A DNA stretch of 64,000 bases from an uncultured Planctomycetota bacterium (GCA_963719315.1 CAVRBU010000002.1:320001-384000), one strand, 5' to 3'; positions 45,401 through 54,221 are shown, numbered from the stretch's first letter. Translations and numbers: made by a program. Notes: generated by a model not told the origin, from the sequence alone.

Positions 45401-45821
45401 TGACGTTACCACCGGCCAACAGCTTTACAAGTTAGTAGGTTCGGACGCCACAGCTGGAGAATGGTGCGGGCAATCAGTCGCGCTGTACGGAAACATTGCG
45501 GCTGTAGGGGCCATAGCAAATGGTTCGGTCTACCAGAAAGGCGACGGTTCCGTTTATCTGTTCGACGTGACCAGCGGCAATCAGATTGCAAAGCTCACGG
45601 CGGCCGACGGCGCATCCGTGGACGGATTCGGCGGAAGCGTTGCGCTCAATGGCAACATGGCTCTCATTGGTGCCTCGGCAAACGACGACGACGGCAGTGC
45701 TTCCGGCTCAGCCTACGTGTTTCGCGTCGCACCCGTCCCGGAGCCGAGCACGCTGCTGCTGGCCGCGCTGGCGCTCGTGCCATTCGTTGGCAGACGGCGG
45801 TTACGCCCGGGAGACGCCTGA
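42462..45821 (+). CDS. Secreted repeat protein with two PEP-CTERM motifs and an internal second signal peptide; second module is 7 FG-GAP-like repeats
   Basis: About ten IGLxG..LNE.GQV.G..AWLYDG repeats; VPEP at residue 667 (nt 44460) and residue 1092 (nt 45735); seven KLTASD..FG.SVA repeats between them. Confidence 0.88.
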   Translation: MPTRQQLGTFSTACLAIVPVAVLALILVQTASAAPSYTITLIGLAGPEHTRDDGYKNGYMYSWLNASGDIGGVSYRFNGSSDDLGRSVWVYDGTTTKDIGLTGDEYSGADDYKFCEANEMNGAGQVLGYANRYDGAGADLGRSVWLYDGQTTKELGLTGAEYMRSDGYKSSPLFTYEQRYLNETGQVIGLSDRFSGSTALGNAAWFYNGSTTVPIGLTDSEHTGANDYRTSRVRALSNAGIVVGESDRFNGGSAYLGSSAWYYNGATTTEIGLTGAAFIRNDGYRRSVIGWHNNNARDYNRLNEAGQVIGTSVRFSSVEPSGAGSNAWLYDGHTTKDISLDILDGKFNIPYAINIAGQVLGISTGLSSYIQDSSRAPGTAWLYDGVTTKNIGLDGKGGSFAEIGLAHVVKLNARPLNEAGQVTGYSFLGNGENAAWIYNGAETIRIGLSGPEFISPKNVSGSFPAKLNESGQVIGHSHRYVGDGSAGNGNLSAWLYDGSTTIDVGLSGSEYTNSTGAKFSTVRGLNEVGQVIGVSDHYDGSTYLGQDAWLYDPSLQQTIPLPRLSARSDGYATAYPFYLGEDGLVLGQYDQYDAADFRLGTRAFYFTLADGMHDLGSLVDGGLMAAGWDSLASAVRSNSAGQILGYGKLNTQSGGQIAYLLTPTTNVPEPSTLLLAGLALVPFSWRRRRVRSSTCLRIANRRFTAMLIALLAFLAAAPAQSQQLFKLTASDAAASDFFGTSVALSGNTALISAAFDDDSGDNSGSAYVFDASTGQQSRKLTASDASADDNFGYSVALNGNIALIGASRDDNLRGSAYVFDAATGQQLRKLRASDGAAEDLFGCSVALSGNLAIVGARWDNLTGDGSYNSGHGAAYIFNVNTGQQLRKLTASDAATDDQFGVSVALSGNRAIVGAWYDDDGGSYSGSAYVFDATTGQQLFKLTASDAAEIAQFGGSVAIDGNYAIIGAHGANNERGAAYLFDVTTGQQLYKLVGSDATAGEWCGQSVALYGNIAAVGAIANGSVYQKGDGSVYLFDVTSGNQIAKLTAADGASVDGFGGSVALNGNMALIGASANDDDGSASGSAYVFRVAPVPEPSTLLLAALALVPFVGRRRLRPGDA

Positions 45822-45916
45822 CGACGATTCCTGCATTTTCCGCACCCTCTCCTACATCAACCAGCAACCATTACTACAAATTTTTGCACACGCATTCTCT
45901 CCCCACAGGTAATCCT

Positions 45917-48900
45917 ATGTCCTATCAATCTCGCTCGAAACGTAAGTCTTCTCGTACCACGCACCTCTCACGCCGCAGCACGTTCGAAACCCTCGAAGCC
46001 CGGCAGATGCTCTCGGCAAATCTGGGATTCGCCGGGGCGTTTGACATCATCGGCGGAAGCACGGGCGGCATCTATACCCAAAGCTCAGTTCTTTCCACCC
46101 GAGGGGGCGGAATGGTGACCGACCTGGCCGGAAACCGCTATGTGACAATCAATGGTGCGCGCGATGGCTCTGTAAGCAGCGAGACGATCGACCTCGATCC
46201 CGGACCGGGCGTTGCCGCCACGACGATGACCGCCGGACTAGTGAAGCTTGATCCCAGTGGCGCGGTCGTCTGGACAGCCCCGTTCATTTCGTCAATCAAC
46301 GTGCATGTTACCGCCGCGGTCGATTCCAGCCAAAACGTTTACCTCGTAGGGGATTTTTACGGCACGATGGATGTCGACCCCGGCCCGGGAGTTGTGAATG
46401 TCACGTCGACGGCAGGCGGGCACGACTGGGGGTACTACATGGTGAAGCTCAACAGCGCTGGAGAGCTGCAATGGGCTCGCACATTGGACTCCAACGGGCT
46501 GGATCCGTTGCGAATTGAAGTTGATGGCGACGGCAATCTGATTGTCGCCTGCAGTTTCTTTGGCGGTTCTCCAACGGACGTTGACGCCGGTCCCGGCCAA
46601 TTCCTGATAGACCAAAAGGGCGCCTACGATTCGGTCGTGCTGAAATACAGCACCGATGGCGACTTCGTGTGGGCGCGTCAGATTGGGAATGCGGGAGCTT
46701 CGCAGGCTATAAATGGCCCGAGCCTCGCCGTGGGTCCGCAAGGGGATATCTACATGGGTGCACGCTTTGTCGGGGATCTGGATCTTGACCCGGGCGCGGG
46801 CGTCCACATCGTCTCCAACAGCGACGCAACAAACGATGCCTATCTCGTACAGCTCAACTCGGACGGGAACTATGTCGGCTCGTACGTGACGGAAGGTGAC
46901 GGCTCGACTGTGTTGCGGGACATCGAGGTGACCAGCGACGGATCGGTGATCCTCAGCGGGTATTTCTCCGGGACCGTCGATTTTGCTCCGGGTAGCGCGA
47001 GTCTCCCCTTAACCTCCTTTCACAGCAGTGTTGATGGATTCGCGCTCAAGCTCAGCAGTGATATGACGGTCGCGTGGGCTCGTCAGTTTGGAGGAGATGG
47101 ATCAACGGGCCTCTTCGAGTCCGCTCTGGACGACGACGGCAACGTTTATCTCGGCGGTTATTTCGGCTCAGGAAGCCAGCCCGGTCAGACAAGTGATTTT
47201 GACCCTGGGCCTGGCGTCTATGAACTCGTCAGACCGTCGACGTTTTACACGGGATTCGTTGTTAGCCTGACAGACGCGGGCGACTTTCGCTGGGCCGTAC
47301 CGCTCGGGGGTAATACAGGCAATAGCAGCGTTCAAGGCCTGAGCGTAACTCCCAACGGCGATGTACAAGTTTCGGGGGGATTTCGAGGAACAGGGGATTT
47401 CAATCCTGATCCTGCTGCGGAAACCTGGCTCTCGAGTACCGGAATTAATGAAACGGCTTTCACCCTGACGTTAACACAAAGTGAACCCGAGGCCGGCGCG
47501 CCGGTCGTCGACGCCGGCGACGGCCAAGCCATCCTGGTCACCGACGCCGTGAGTCTGCATGGCACGGTCACCGATGATGGCCTGCCCGGCCCGGTGACGA
47601 CCACGTGGAGCCTGGTCAGCGGCGCTGGCACGGTCACGTTTGCAGACGACTCGGCCCTCGACACGACGGCGACCTTCAGCACGATCGGCGACTACTTGCT
47701 CAAGCTCGAAGCGACCGATGGGCAGTTCACGACCGCGGACTACGTCAATATCGTGGTGAATCCGCTAACCGCGACGCTCGCAGCGACGGCCGATACGTAT
47801 ATCGATGCCACCACCAAGACCACCAATTTTGGCTCGTCGGCCAACTTGGTTGTACATGGCAATCCGGATGATGCGGCGATCCTCAAGTGGGACTTGAGCA
47901 GCATCCCCGCCGGCAGCACGCTCCAGTCGGCAACCTTTTCCCTCAATGTGACCAACACCAGCACCAATACGTACGAGATCTATGCCTTGAATCGGAGCTG
48001 GACGGAATCGCAAGCCACTTGGAAAAAGGCCGACAGCGGGAACACCTGGCAGGCGGCTGGGGCGCAAGGAGTCCTGGACCGCGGCACCACCGTGCTGGGC
48101 ACGGTCACTGCGTCTGCGCTGGGAACGCGTAACGTCGTGCTGTATGCGGCGGGCGTGGCCGTGGTGCAGGGCTGGATCGACGACCCGTCCACCAACTTCG
48201 GCTTCATCCTGCAAGACTATGCGAATGCCAACAAAGATGATCTGGTATTCAGCTCGAAAGAAGCGACCATTGCAGCAGACCGTCCCCAACTCCAAATGGT
48301 CTACATTCCCCCGAGCGCGAACACCACCGTTCCCGCACCGCGGATCGACTTCTTTTCGGCTTCGCAGGGGCGAGTGAGCGTCGGTACGCCGATCACGCTG
48401 AATGCGATTCGAGAGAATGACGCCGCACACCAGCCTCAGACTGTGAGTTTCTATCGCGACAATGGGGATGGCGTGTTGGTGGTCGGTGAGGACACGCTGG
48501 TGGGTTCGACGTACACGCTTCTGGGTGCGGACTACACGAAGTGGATCGTGACGGCCGAGACGACGGGTCTCGCCCCCGGGAACTACACGTTCTTTGTCCA
48601 GGCGTCGAACGCCAGCGGCGACGTGCAGGCCGCACTGGACGTTGAAGTCTTTGGCCTGGAGACAGTCAATTTTGCTAGCGCCAACGTGCCGCAGGCAATT
48701 CCTAACAAGACTACTATTACTTCGACCATCCTGGTGCCGGATGGATTCACGATCTTTGACGTTGATGTGTCGCTCAACATCACGCATACCAACGACGCCG
48801 ATCTGGACGTGTACCTGATCAGCCCTTCAGGGACACATGTGGCACTGTTTACCGACGTGGGAGGCGCGGGCCACAACTTCAGCGGCACAACTCTGGATGA

Positions 48901-49336
48901 TGAAGCAGCGACCTCCATCACCCTGGGCACTGCGCCATTCACCGGTAGCTTTCGGCCAGAAGTCTCGCTCAATGCGTTGGACGGCCAGAATGCCGCCGGA
49001 GTCTGGACGCTCGAAGTGACCGACGACTTGAAGAAGAACACCGGGACGCTCAACAGTTGGTCGTTGCAACTCACGCGCGAAGCGATGCCGGAGGCAGCTG
49101 CCGGTAGCGCAAGTCTCCAGGCCGAGGCTCTGATGGCTTCGCCGACCATCGCCGCAACAACTGGGAAAACCGCGGCCGTTACGTCGCCGACCCTCTCCAA
49201 ATCTGCCAATGGAGATCTTTTGGCCGCGGTCCTGGCCAACAAGTTTGCGGGAAAGCCAGCCAAACGCCTGGCAACTAGCAGCCTGTTGAAGAAGTCTCCT
49301 TTGGATAGACTTTCGCTAACGACGGCATGGCGCTAA
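45917..49336 (+). CDS. Large extracellular multidomain protein (planctomycete LExRxxLS leader, propeller-like repeats, Ig/PKD-like, DNRLRE-like, proprotein-convertase P domain); 3' end replaced by IS
   Basis: RRSTFETLEARQMLSA; repeated D(F/L)DPGPG; PVVDAG..TDDGLP; ADTYID..NFG..RPQL; NITHT.DADL.VYLISPSG..GTLNSWSL. Confidence 0.85.
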   Translation: MSYQSRSKRKSSRTTHLSRRSTFETLEARQMLSANLGFAGAFDIIGGSTGGIYTQSSVLSTRGGGMVTDLAGNRYVTINGARDGSVSSETIDLDPGPGVAATTMTAGLVKLDPSGAVVWTAPFISSINVHVTAAVDSSQNVYLVGDFYGTMDVDPGPGVVNVTSTAGGHDWGYYMVKLNSAGELQWARTLDSNGLDPLRIEVDGDGNLIVACSFFGGSPTDVDAGPGQFLIDQKGAYDSVVLKYSTDGDFVWARQIGNAGASQAINGPSLAVGPQGDIYMGARFVGDLDLDPGAGVHIVSNSDATNDAYLVQLNSDGNYVGSYVTEGDGSTVLRDIEVTSDGSVILSGYFSGTVDFAPGSASLPLTSFHSSVDGFALKLSSDMTVAWARQFGGDGSTGLFESALDDDGNVYLGGYFGSGSQPGQTSDFDPGPGVYELVRPSTFYTGFVVSLTDAGDFRWAVPLGGNTGNSSVQGLSVTPNGDVQVSGGFRGTGDFNPDPAAETWLSSTGINETAFTLTLTQSEPEAGAPVVDAGDGQAILVTDAVSLHGTVTDDGLPGPVTTTWSLVSGAGTVTFADDSALDTTATFSTIGDYLLKLEATDGQFTTADYVNIVVNPLTATLAATADTYIDATTKTTNFGSSANLVVHGNPDDAAILKWDLSSIPAGSTLQSATFSLNVTNTSTNTYEIYALNRSWTESQATWKKADSGNTWQAAGAQGVLDRGTTVLGTVTASALGTRNVVLYAAGVAVVQGWIDDPSTNFGFILQDYANANKDDLVFSSKEATIAADRPQLQMVYIPPSANTTVPAPRIDFFSASQGRVSVGTPITLNAIRENDAAHQPQTVSFYRDNGDGVLVVGEDTLVGSTYTLLGADYTKWIVTAETTGLAPGNYTFFVQASNASGDVQAALDVEVFGLETVNFASANVPQAIPNKTTITSTILVPDGFTIFDVDVSLNITHTNDADLDVYLISPSGTHVALFTDVGGAGHNFSGTTLDDEAATSITLGTAPFTGSFRPEVSLNALDGQNAAGVWTLEVTDDLKKNTGTLNSWSLQLTREAMPEAAAGSASLQAEALMASPTIAATTGKTAAVTSPTLSKSANGDLLAAVLANKFAGKPAKRLATSSLLKKSPLDRLSLTTAWR

Positions 49337-50834
49337 ATTGTCGCCTGCGGTTGGCGTGGATGCCAGTGTAAGAGCGATTATTGTTTTGCTCAGGCATCCG
49401 CAGAGCCGAATTGAGGAGATCACGGATGGCGTTGGGACACCGCAACCAAGAGCAGCAGTCGTCCTTCTGGATCCCGGTGGACCAGTTGCCGCGGTCGGAA
49501 GGGCATGTGTTTTACGGCAAGCTCAATCAATTGCTGCGAGCAGCCGGCTTCGACGAGTTCGTCGAAAGGCTCTGTGAGCCGTACTACCACGAAACGATGG
49601 GGCGGCCCGGCATTCCGCCGGGCGTCTACTTCCGGATGCTGTTGGTGGGCTACTTCGAGGGCCTCGGCTCGCAGCGGGGCATCGCCTGGCGGTGTGCCGA
49701 CAGTCTCAGCTTGCGAGAATTTCTGGGCGTCCCGCTCGGCGAAGAGACGCCTGACCATTCGAGCCTGACGCGGGTCCGCGACCGACTGCCGTTGTCGGTT
49801 CATCGGCAAGTATTCTGCTTCGTGCTCGAGGTGGCTGAGCAGCAAGGCCTGCTCGCCGGCAAGACGGTGGGCGTCGACGCCACGACCCTGGAGGCCGACG
49901 CGGCCATGAAGAGCATCGTCAGGCGCGACACGGGCGAGGACTGGCAGGAGTATGTTCGGCGTCTGATGCAGGAAGCAGGCCAGATCGAGCCGGGCGACGA
50001 ACCCTCAGCCGAGGAGATTGCTCGGTTCGATCGCCAGCGCAAGGACAAAAAGGTCTCGAACCAAGAATGGCAGAGCGAAACCGACCCAGACAGCCGGATC
50101 ACCCGGATGAAGGACGGCCGCACGCATCTGGCCTACAAGGCCGAACACGTCGTCGATCTGGACACGGAGCTGATCCTGGCGGCCGAGATCTATCACGCCA
50201 ACGCGGCCGACGTGGACACGATCGGCCCGAGCCTCAGCCAAGCGCAAGACAACTTGATTCAAGCCGACAGCGACGCGGACATCGAGGAGACGGTGGCGGA
50301 CAAAGGCTACTCGGGGAACGAGACGCTGGCCGAATTGGAATTCACCGAGGGTCTACGAACGTACATCGCCGAACCACAGCACGCGCATCGTCGCAATTGG
50401 AAAAACAAAGCGGACGAAGAGCGTCGGGCGGTGACGGGCAACCGCCGCCGGGTCAAAGGAAAGCGAGGACGTGCTCTACAGCGCGAGAGGAGTGAGAAGG
50501 TCGAGCGGAGTTTCGCCCACGTCTGCGAGACGGGCGGCAGTCGGCGAACGTGGCTGCATGGTATCGAGAAAGTGAGAAAGCGATACCTGACGTCGGCCAT
50601 GGCACGCAATCTGGGCCTCGTCCTGCGCCACTTGTTCGGAATCGGCACGGCCAGGAGCCTGCAAGGGAACGGCGGGCTTGCCGACGCCTTGCATGTTGTG
50701 TTGTTTAACACCCTGGCCGCGCTGGAGCGTCTGCTGACGCCCACGCCGCCGACCGGCCGACAAAAATCAACCATCAACCAACCGCTCGCGTTGGCTGCCT
50801 AAAATCACCAAATACCAACTTCTTCAACAGGCTG
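49279..50834 (+). mobile_element. Insertion sequence, IS1182/IS5-like (DUF772-type DDE transposase), 1556 bp
   Basis: Perfect 17-bp IR CAGCCTGTTGAAGAAGT (49279-49295 / 50818-50834); CTAG duplicated at 49275-49278 and 50835-50838. Confidence 0.93.
49426..50802 (+). CDS. Transposase
   Basis: GRPGIPP, PDHSSLTRVR, VDAT, ADKGY, VERSFAH; GAGGAG RBS; intact frame. Confidence 0.93.
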   Translation: MALGHRNQEQQSSFWIPVDQLPRSEGHVFYGKLNQLLRAAGFDEFVERLCEPYYHETMGRPGIPPGVYFRMLLVGYFEGLGSQRGIAWRCADSLSLREFLGVPLGEETPDHSSLTRVRDRLPLSVHRQVFCFVLEVAEQQGLLAGKTVGVDATTLEADAAMKSIVRRDTGEDWQEYVRRLMQEAGQIEPGDEPSAEEIARFDRQRKDKKVSNQEWQSETDPDSRITRMKDGRTHLAYKAEHVVDLDTELILAAEIYHANAADVDTIGPSLSQAQDNLIQADSDADIEETVADKGYSGNETLAELEFTEGLRTYIAEPQHAHRRNWKNKADEERRAVTGNRRRVKGKRGRALQRERSEKVERSFAHVCETGGSRRTWLHGIEKVRKRYLTSAMARNLGLVLRHLFGIGTARSLQGNGGLADALHVVLFNTLAALERLLTPTPPTGRQKSTINQPLALAA

Positions 50835-50838
50835 CTAG

Positions 50839-50953
50839 GACCGTACTCAACGAGAATGACCACGTCACGCGGGAGCGGCATGCAGTGGCCACCGACCTGG
50901 CGCTGCTTGCGCTCGGCGACCAACTTCATCGCCGGTTTGCTTTCGTCGATTGA
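50839..50953 (+). pseudogene. Displaced original 3' end (38 codons) of the 45917 gene
   Basis: Removing the IS and one CTAG restores ...KRLAT-RTVLNENDHVTRERHAVATDLALLALGDQLHRRFAFVD-stop. Confidence 0.8.
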
Positions 50954-50982
50954 GGGTGACGCGGCAGGGAAAACGATTTGCC

Positions 50983-51930
50983 ATGCAACAACGCAAAGCC
51001 TTTACACTTGTTGAGTTGTTGATCGTAATTGCGATCATCGGCATCCTGGTGGCGCTGCTTTTGCCTGCGGTCCAGGCTGCGCGGGAAGCGGCGCGGCGGG
51101 CCAGTTGTCAGAACAACTTGAAGCAGCTCGCGCTCGCCGTGCAGAGCTACCAGGCTGTCCACAAGTATTTGCCACCGCTGTATAACGGTACGTTAAAACT
51201 AGACCTGTCGATGGGGCTAGATACCTTCTCCTGGCAAACCATGATCTTGCCCTTTGTCGAGGAGCAAGCCCTCCGCGGGCAACTCGATTTCACGAAAGTG
51301 GCGACGGACACTGCGAATCAACCGGCCGTCAATCAATTGTTTCCGCTGGCAATGTGTCCGTCGACGCCGCGCACAACGCTCGTGGCCCGCGGTCTGTGGT
51401 ACGGTCGGGCCCAGTTTGACGAGAATCTATCGGCCGCCGTGACGGATTACGCTAGTTCCGAAGGTTACCTTGATGGTCTGGCTTGCGTCCCCGGGGCGTG
51501 GGGCCAAATCGTGCCCGGCAGCAACTACTGGGACGCGCCGACGTTGAAGAAGGTTAAGATGGCCGACATCACCGACGGGTTGTCGAAGACGACGCTGATC
51601 CTCGAGCGGGCGGGCTTGCCGGATCACTACTTCAACAGCGGCCGCACCGTCGAGCCACATCAGCCGCCTCAATTCCGTACTTGGGGCAACGTCGGCCTAT
51701 GGGCCATCAGCGCGGAAAGGTTGATGAATCACTTGCAGTCGCAAACCGGCGTACCGATCATCGGCGGAGACAACCTGCATGGGCTGTATTCGTTTCATCC
51801 CGGAGGAGTGCATGTCGCGCTGGTCGACGGCTCGGTGCAGTTCATTCACAGCACGATTAACACGAGTTTGATGTTCGCCCTTGTTACGCGGGCAGGCGCC
51901 GAGGCAGTCGACCTGAACGAAATCTTCTAG
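50983..51930 (+). CDS. DUF1559 prepilin-type protein
   Basis: AFTLVELLIVIAIIGILVALLLPAVQAAREAARR, ITDGLSKT, HPGG..DGSV. Confidence 0.95.
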   Translation: MQQRKAFTLVELLIVIAIIGILVALLLPAVQAAREAARRASCQNNLKQLALAVQSYQAVHKYLPPLYNGTLKLDLSMGLDTFSWQTMILPFVEEQALRGQLDFTKVATDTANQPAVNQLFPLAMCPSTPRTTLVARGLWYGRAQFDENLSAAVTDYASSEGYLDGLACVPGAWGQIVPGSNYWDAPTLKKVKMADITDGLSKTTLILERAGLPDHYFNSGRTVEPHQPPQFRTWGNVGLWAISAERLMNHLQSQTGVPIIGGDNLHGLYSFHPGGVHVALVDGSVQFIHSTINTSLMFALVTRAGAEAVDLNEIF

Positions 51931-51970
51931 CTGCAAAAAACAACCGACTGCGCAGAAGGACTCTAAACGT

Positions 51971-52952
51971 ATGCAAATGGGCGTTTCCAGAAATGAGTTC
52001 TTGTCAGCCAGCCGGTGCGCGATTCGTCAAGCGCTGGTGCTGTGGGCCAGTATTGGCGCTGCCTTTGTCTGCCACGGCGCGGCGGCCCAACCGCCTCAGG
52101 TCGTACGTTGGGATATCATGGCCACAGTCACCGAGATCGACGATCCACTCGGGCTTTTTCCCGATATGCGGCTGGGTGACCCAGTGCGCGGCATGCTGAA
52201 GTACGATGTTAGCGTGCCGATCGAACAGGGTTATATTTCCTCTTTTGAATTTGAGGCCTTGTTCGAGGTTACACGAATGAGCATTCAGAATCCTGCGCAA
52301 CGGCACGGAGTTCACCTTTGAAACCGACCCGAGCGGTGATTTCGCGGATGTGAACGTGTTCAATGATTTCGAGGATGAAAACGGGCCGTTCGATGGGATC
52401 TTCACGCCTCAATCGGTCGTGGCACCAGCCGGCTTTGCCGGTACATCGCCCGTCGTCGATGTCGTCCTCCAGGGTCCGCCGACCGTTTTTTCTGCTCCCG
52501 TTGATCCTACCGCAACCGAGGGCCATCTTCCCGCAACACTCAACTTGAACGACTGGCCCATCGCCGCAATGGAGTTTTTTGACGGATGGTTTTCAGATCC
52601 CACCGACACCTATATTCAAGCCGAGATCTATTCGCTTATTCCCGTCGTAACGATTCACATTCCTGGAGACTACGACTACGACGGCGATGTTGACGGCGAC
52701 GACTACAACCGCTGGAGAATCGCGCATGGCGACGACAATCCCTACGCGGATGGCAACAGCGACGGCAAAGTCGACGCAGCGGACTACGTCGTGTGGCGGA
52801 AAGCACTCAGCGAAGCCATGGGCAGCGGATCGGTCGTGGAACGCGGGGTTCCAGAACCGGCCACTCCATCAGCATTGCTCGTTAGTTCGTTCGCTGCGTT
52901 TGCCCACCGAAGAAAAAGAGTGCAAAGGCGAATCCACCGCGAACGCTCGTAA
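51971..52952 (+). CDS. Secreted protein with dockerin-like repeat and PEP-CTERM anchor (apparent 1-nt insertion near 52295)
   Basis: Signal peptide in ORF 51971-52321; GDYDYDGDVDGDDY..WR, ADGNSDGKVDAADYVVWR and GVPEP in ORF 52350-52952. Confidence 0.8.
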
Positions 52953-53014
52953 CACTGAAGCGGCACCCAATGGAACTGTGTCGGTGATCTAGTGTCGCCA
53001 ACCGTGATGCGCGG

Positions 53015-53734
53015 CTACTTCGCCCGCTTGCGGGCTGGTGTGCCGCCGACGGCGCCGCCGGTGAAGCCGGACTGGGGGGTGCGGTCGTCGGCGCGGTCGT
53101 CGTCGGCGTCGAAATTGCTGCTGCCGGACGCTTCGTCGATCTCGGCGACAATTGGATCGCCGTTGCCTTCGTTGCCGCCGGCAAGGCCGCCGACCGCGGT
53201 GCCGCCGCCGGCGGTGCCCGCGGCGTGGACGTCGCCCCGGGGAACGCGAGCTGGCGGAAACTCCAGCGGATCGACGTGCGAGACGTGGTCTTCTTCCATT
53301 TCGCCTTCCGGCGCGAGCGTGTCGACGGGTGAATGGGGGCGGCCTTCTTCGAAGTTCACTTGCGGCGTGTTGTCGTTCGTTGCCGCGCACCCGACGCAGA
53401 ATCGAGTGTACGGAATTGCTTCGAGGCGTGGCGTGGCGATTGGTTGGCCGCAGGCCTCGCATGTGCCGAACGCGCCAGCGTCCAGGCGGGCGAGCGCGGC
53501 GCGGGCTTCGGTGACGATGTATTGCTCGTTGACGAGCAAGGTAGCGTTCATGTCGTAGAGGAATTCATCGGTGCCCAGGTCGCCGAGGTGCATAGGGACG
53601 TTCGAGAGTTCGCTTCCGCCGTTGCCGCCGCTGCTGGCGTGGACCTGCTCTTCCATGCCAAAGGCATCGGCCCGTGTGCGCGACGCAATGGCGGCAAGAA
53701 GACGGCGATATTTATTCATGGTTGCGTTTTTCAT
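53015..53734 (-). CDS. TraR/DksA C4-type zinc-finger protein with acidic Gly-rich C-terminal extension
   Basis: PMHLGDLGTD, ALARLDAGAFGTCEAC...RLEAIPYTRFCVGCA. Confidence 0.9.
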   Translation of the reverse strand: MKNATMNKYRRLLAAIASRTRADAFGMEEQVHASSGGNGGSELSNVPMHLGDLGTDEFLYDMNATLLVNEQYIVTEARAALARLDAGAFGTCEACGQPIATPRLEAIPYTRFCVGCAATNDNTPQVNFEEGRPHSPVDTLAPEGEMEEDHVSHVDPLEFPPARVPRGDVHAAGTAGGGTAVGGLAGGNEGNGDPIVAEIDEASGSSNFDADDDRADDRTPQSGFTGGAVGGTPARKRAK

Positions 53735-53851
53735 GATTCGTTCAACCTTCGACCCCCGATTCCGAATGACGGATGTATGGCATTTTGCAGCACGCTTGAT
53801 CTTACACTCGACAGGTAGTGTAGCACGAGTGCCCGGACTGAGAACTAGTGA

Positions 53852-53867
53852 TGCAAATCACGCGCCG
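53852..53867 (-). promoter_or_regulatory. Putative sigma54 -24/-12 promoter
   Basis: Minus strand CGGCGCGTGATTTGCA (GG-N10-GC) upstream of the DksA paralog. Confidence 0.5.
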
Positions 53868-53936
53868 CTGTGAGACGCAGGCCAGTTTCTTTGAAGCCGG
53901 CGATCCGAGTTTCCGAGAGACTGGGCAACGGAACAT

Positions 53937-53952
53937 CGGCGCATGAATTGCA
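53937..53952 (+). promoter_or_regulatory. Putative sigma54 -24/-12 promoter
   Basis: CGGCGCATGAATTGCA (GG-N10-GC), 35 nt before the 49-aa ORF. Confidence 0.55.
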
Positions 53953-53987
53953 CGTAAAGTCTGCGGTGCATGAACGGAGAACCAAAT

Positions 53988-54137
53988 ATGATTCGCAAAC
54001 TGGCAAACGGCGAATATCGGTTGTATTCGCGGAAGAAGAATCCTCGCACGGGGAAACGCCGCAATTTGGGGACGTTTAAGACCCGGGCGGCGGCCGAGCA
54101 GCATGAGCGCGAAGTGCAATACTTCAAGCGGCATTAG
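53988..54137 (+). CDS. 49-aa basic small protein (absent from the ORF track)
   Basis: GGAGA RBS; MIRKLANGEYRLYSRKKNPRTGKRRNLGTFKTRAAAEQHEREVQYFKRH-stop. Confidence 0.8.
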   Translation: MIRKLANGEYRLYSRKKNPRTGKRRNLGTFKTRAAAEQHEREVQYFKRH

Positions 54138-54221
54138 ACGTTCGATCGGATCGTTGAATTGAAGTCTGCACTGGTTCGCTGGGGGCTCGCCTTTGGCTCG
54201 ACCCCAGGCACCCCGCACCGG

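Noticed and set aside
42560..45730. CRISPR array or DNA tandem repeat
   Set aside because: Repeats are degenerate, in frame and conserved at protein level; there is no constant repeat with unique spacers and no cas gene.
45461..45916. 152-aa N-terminal extension of the large extracellular protein
   Set aside because: It overlaps the upstream gene out of frame; the leader motif fits ATG 45917.
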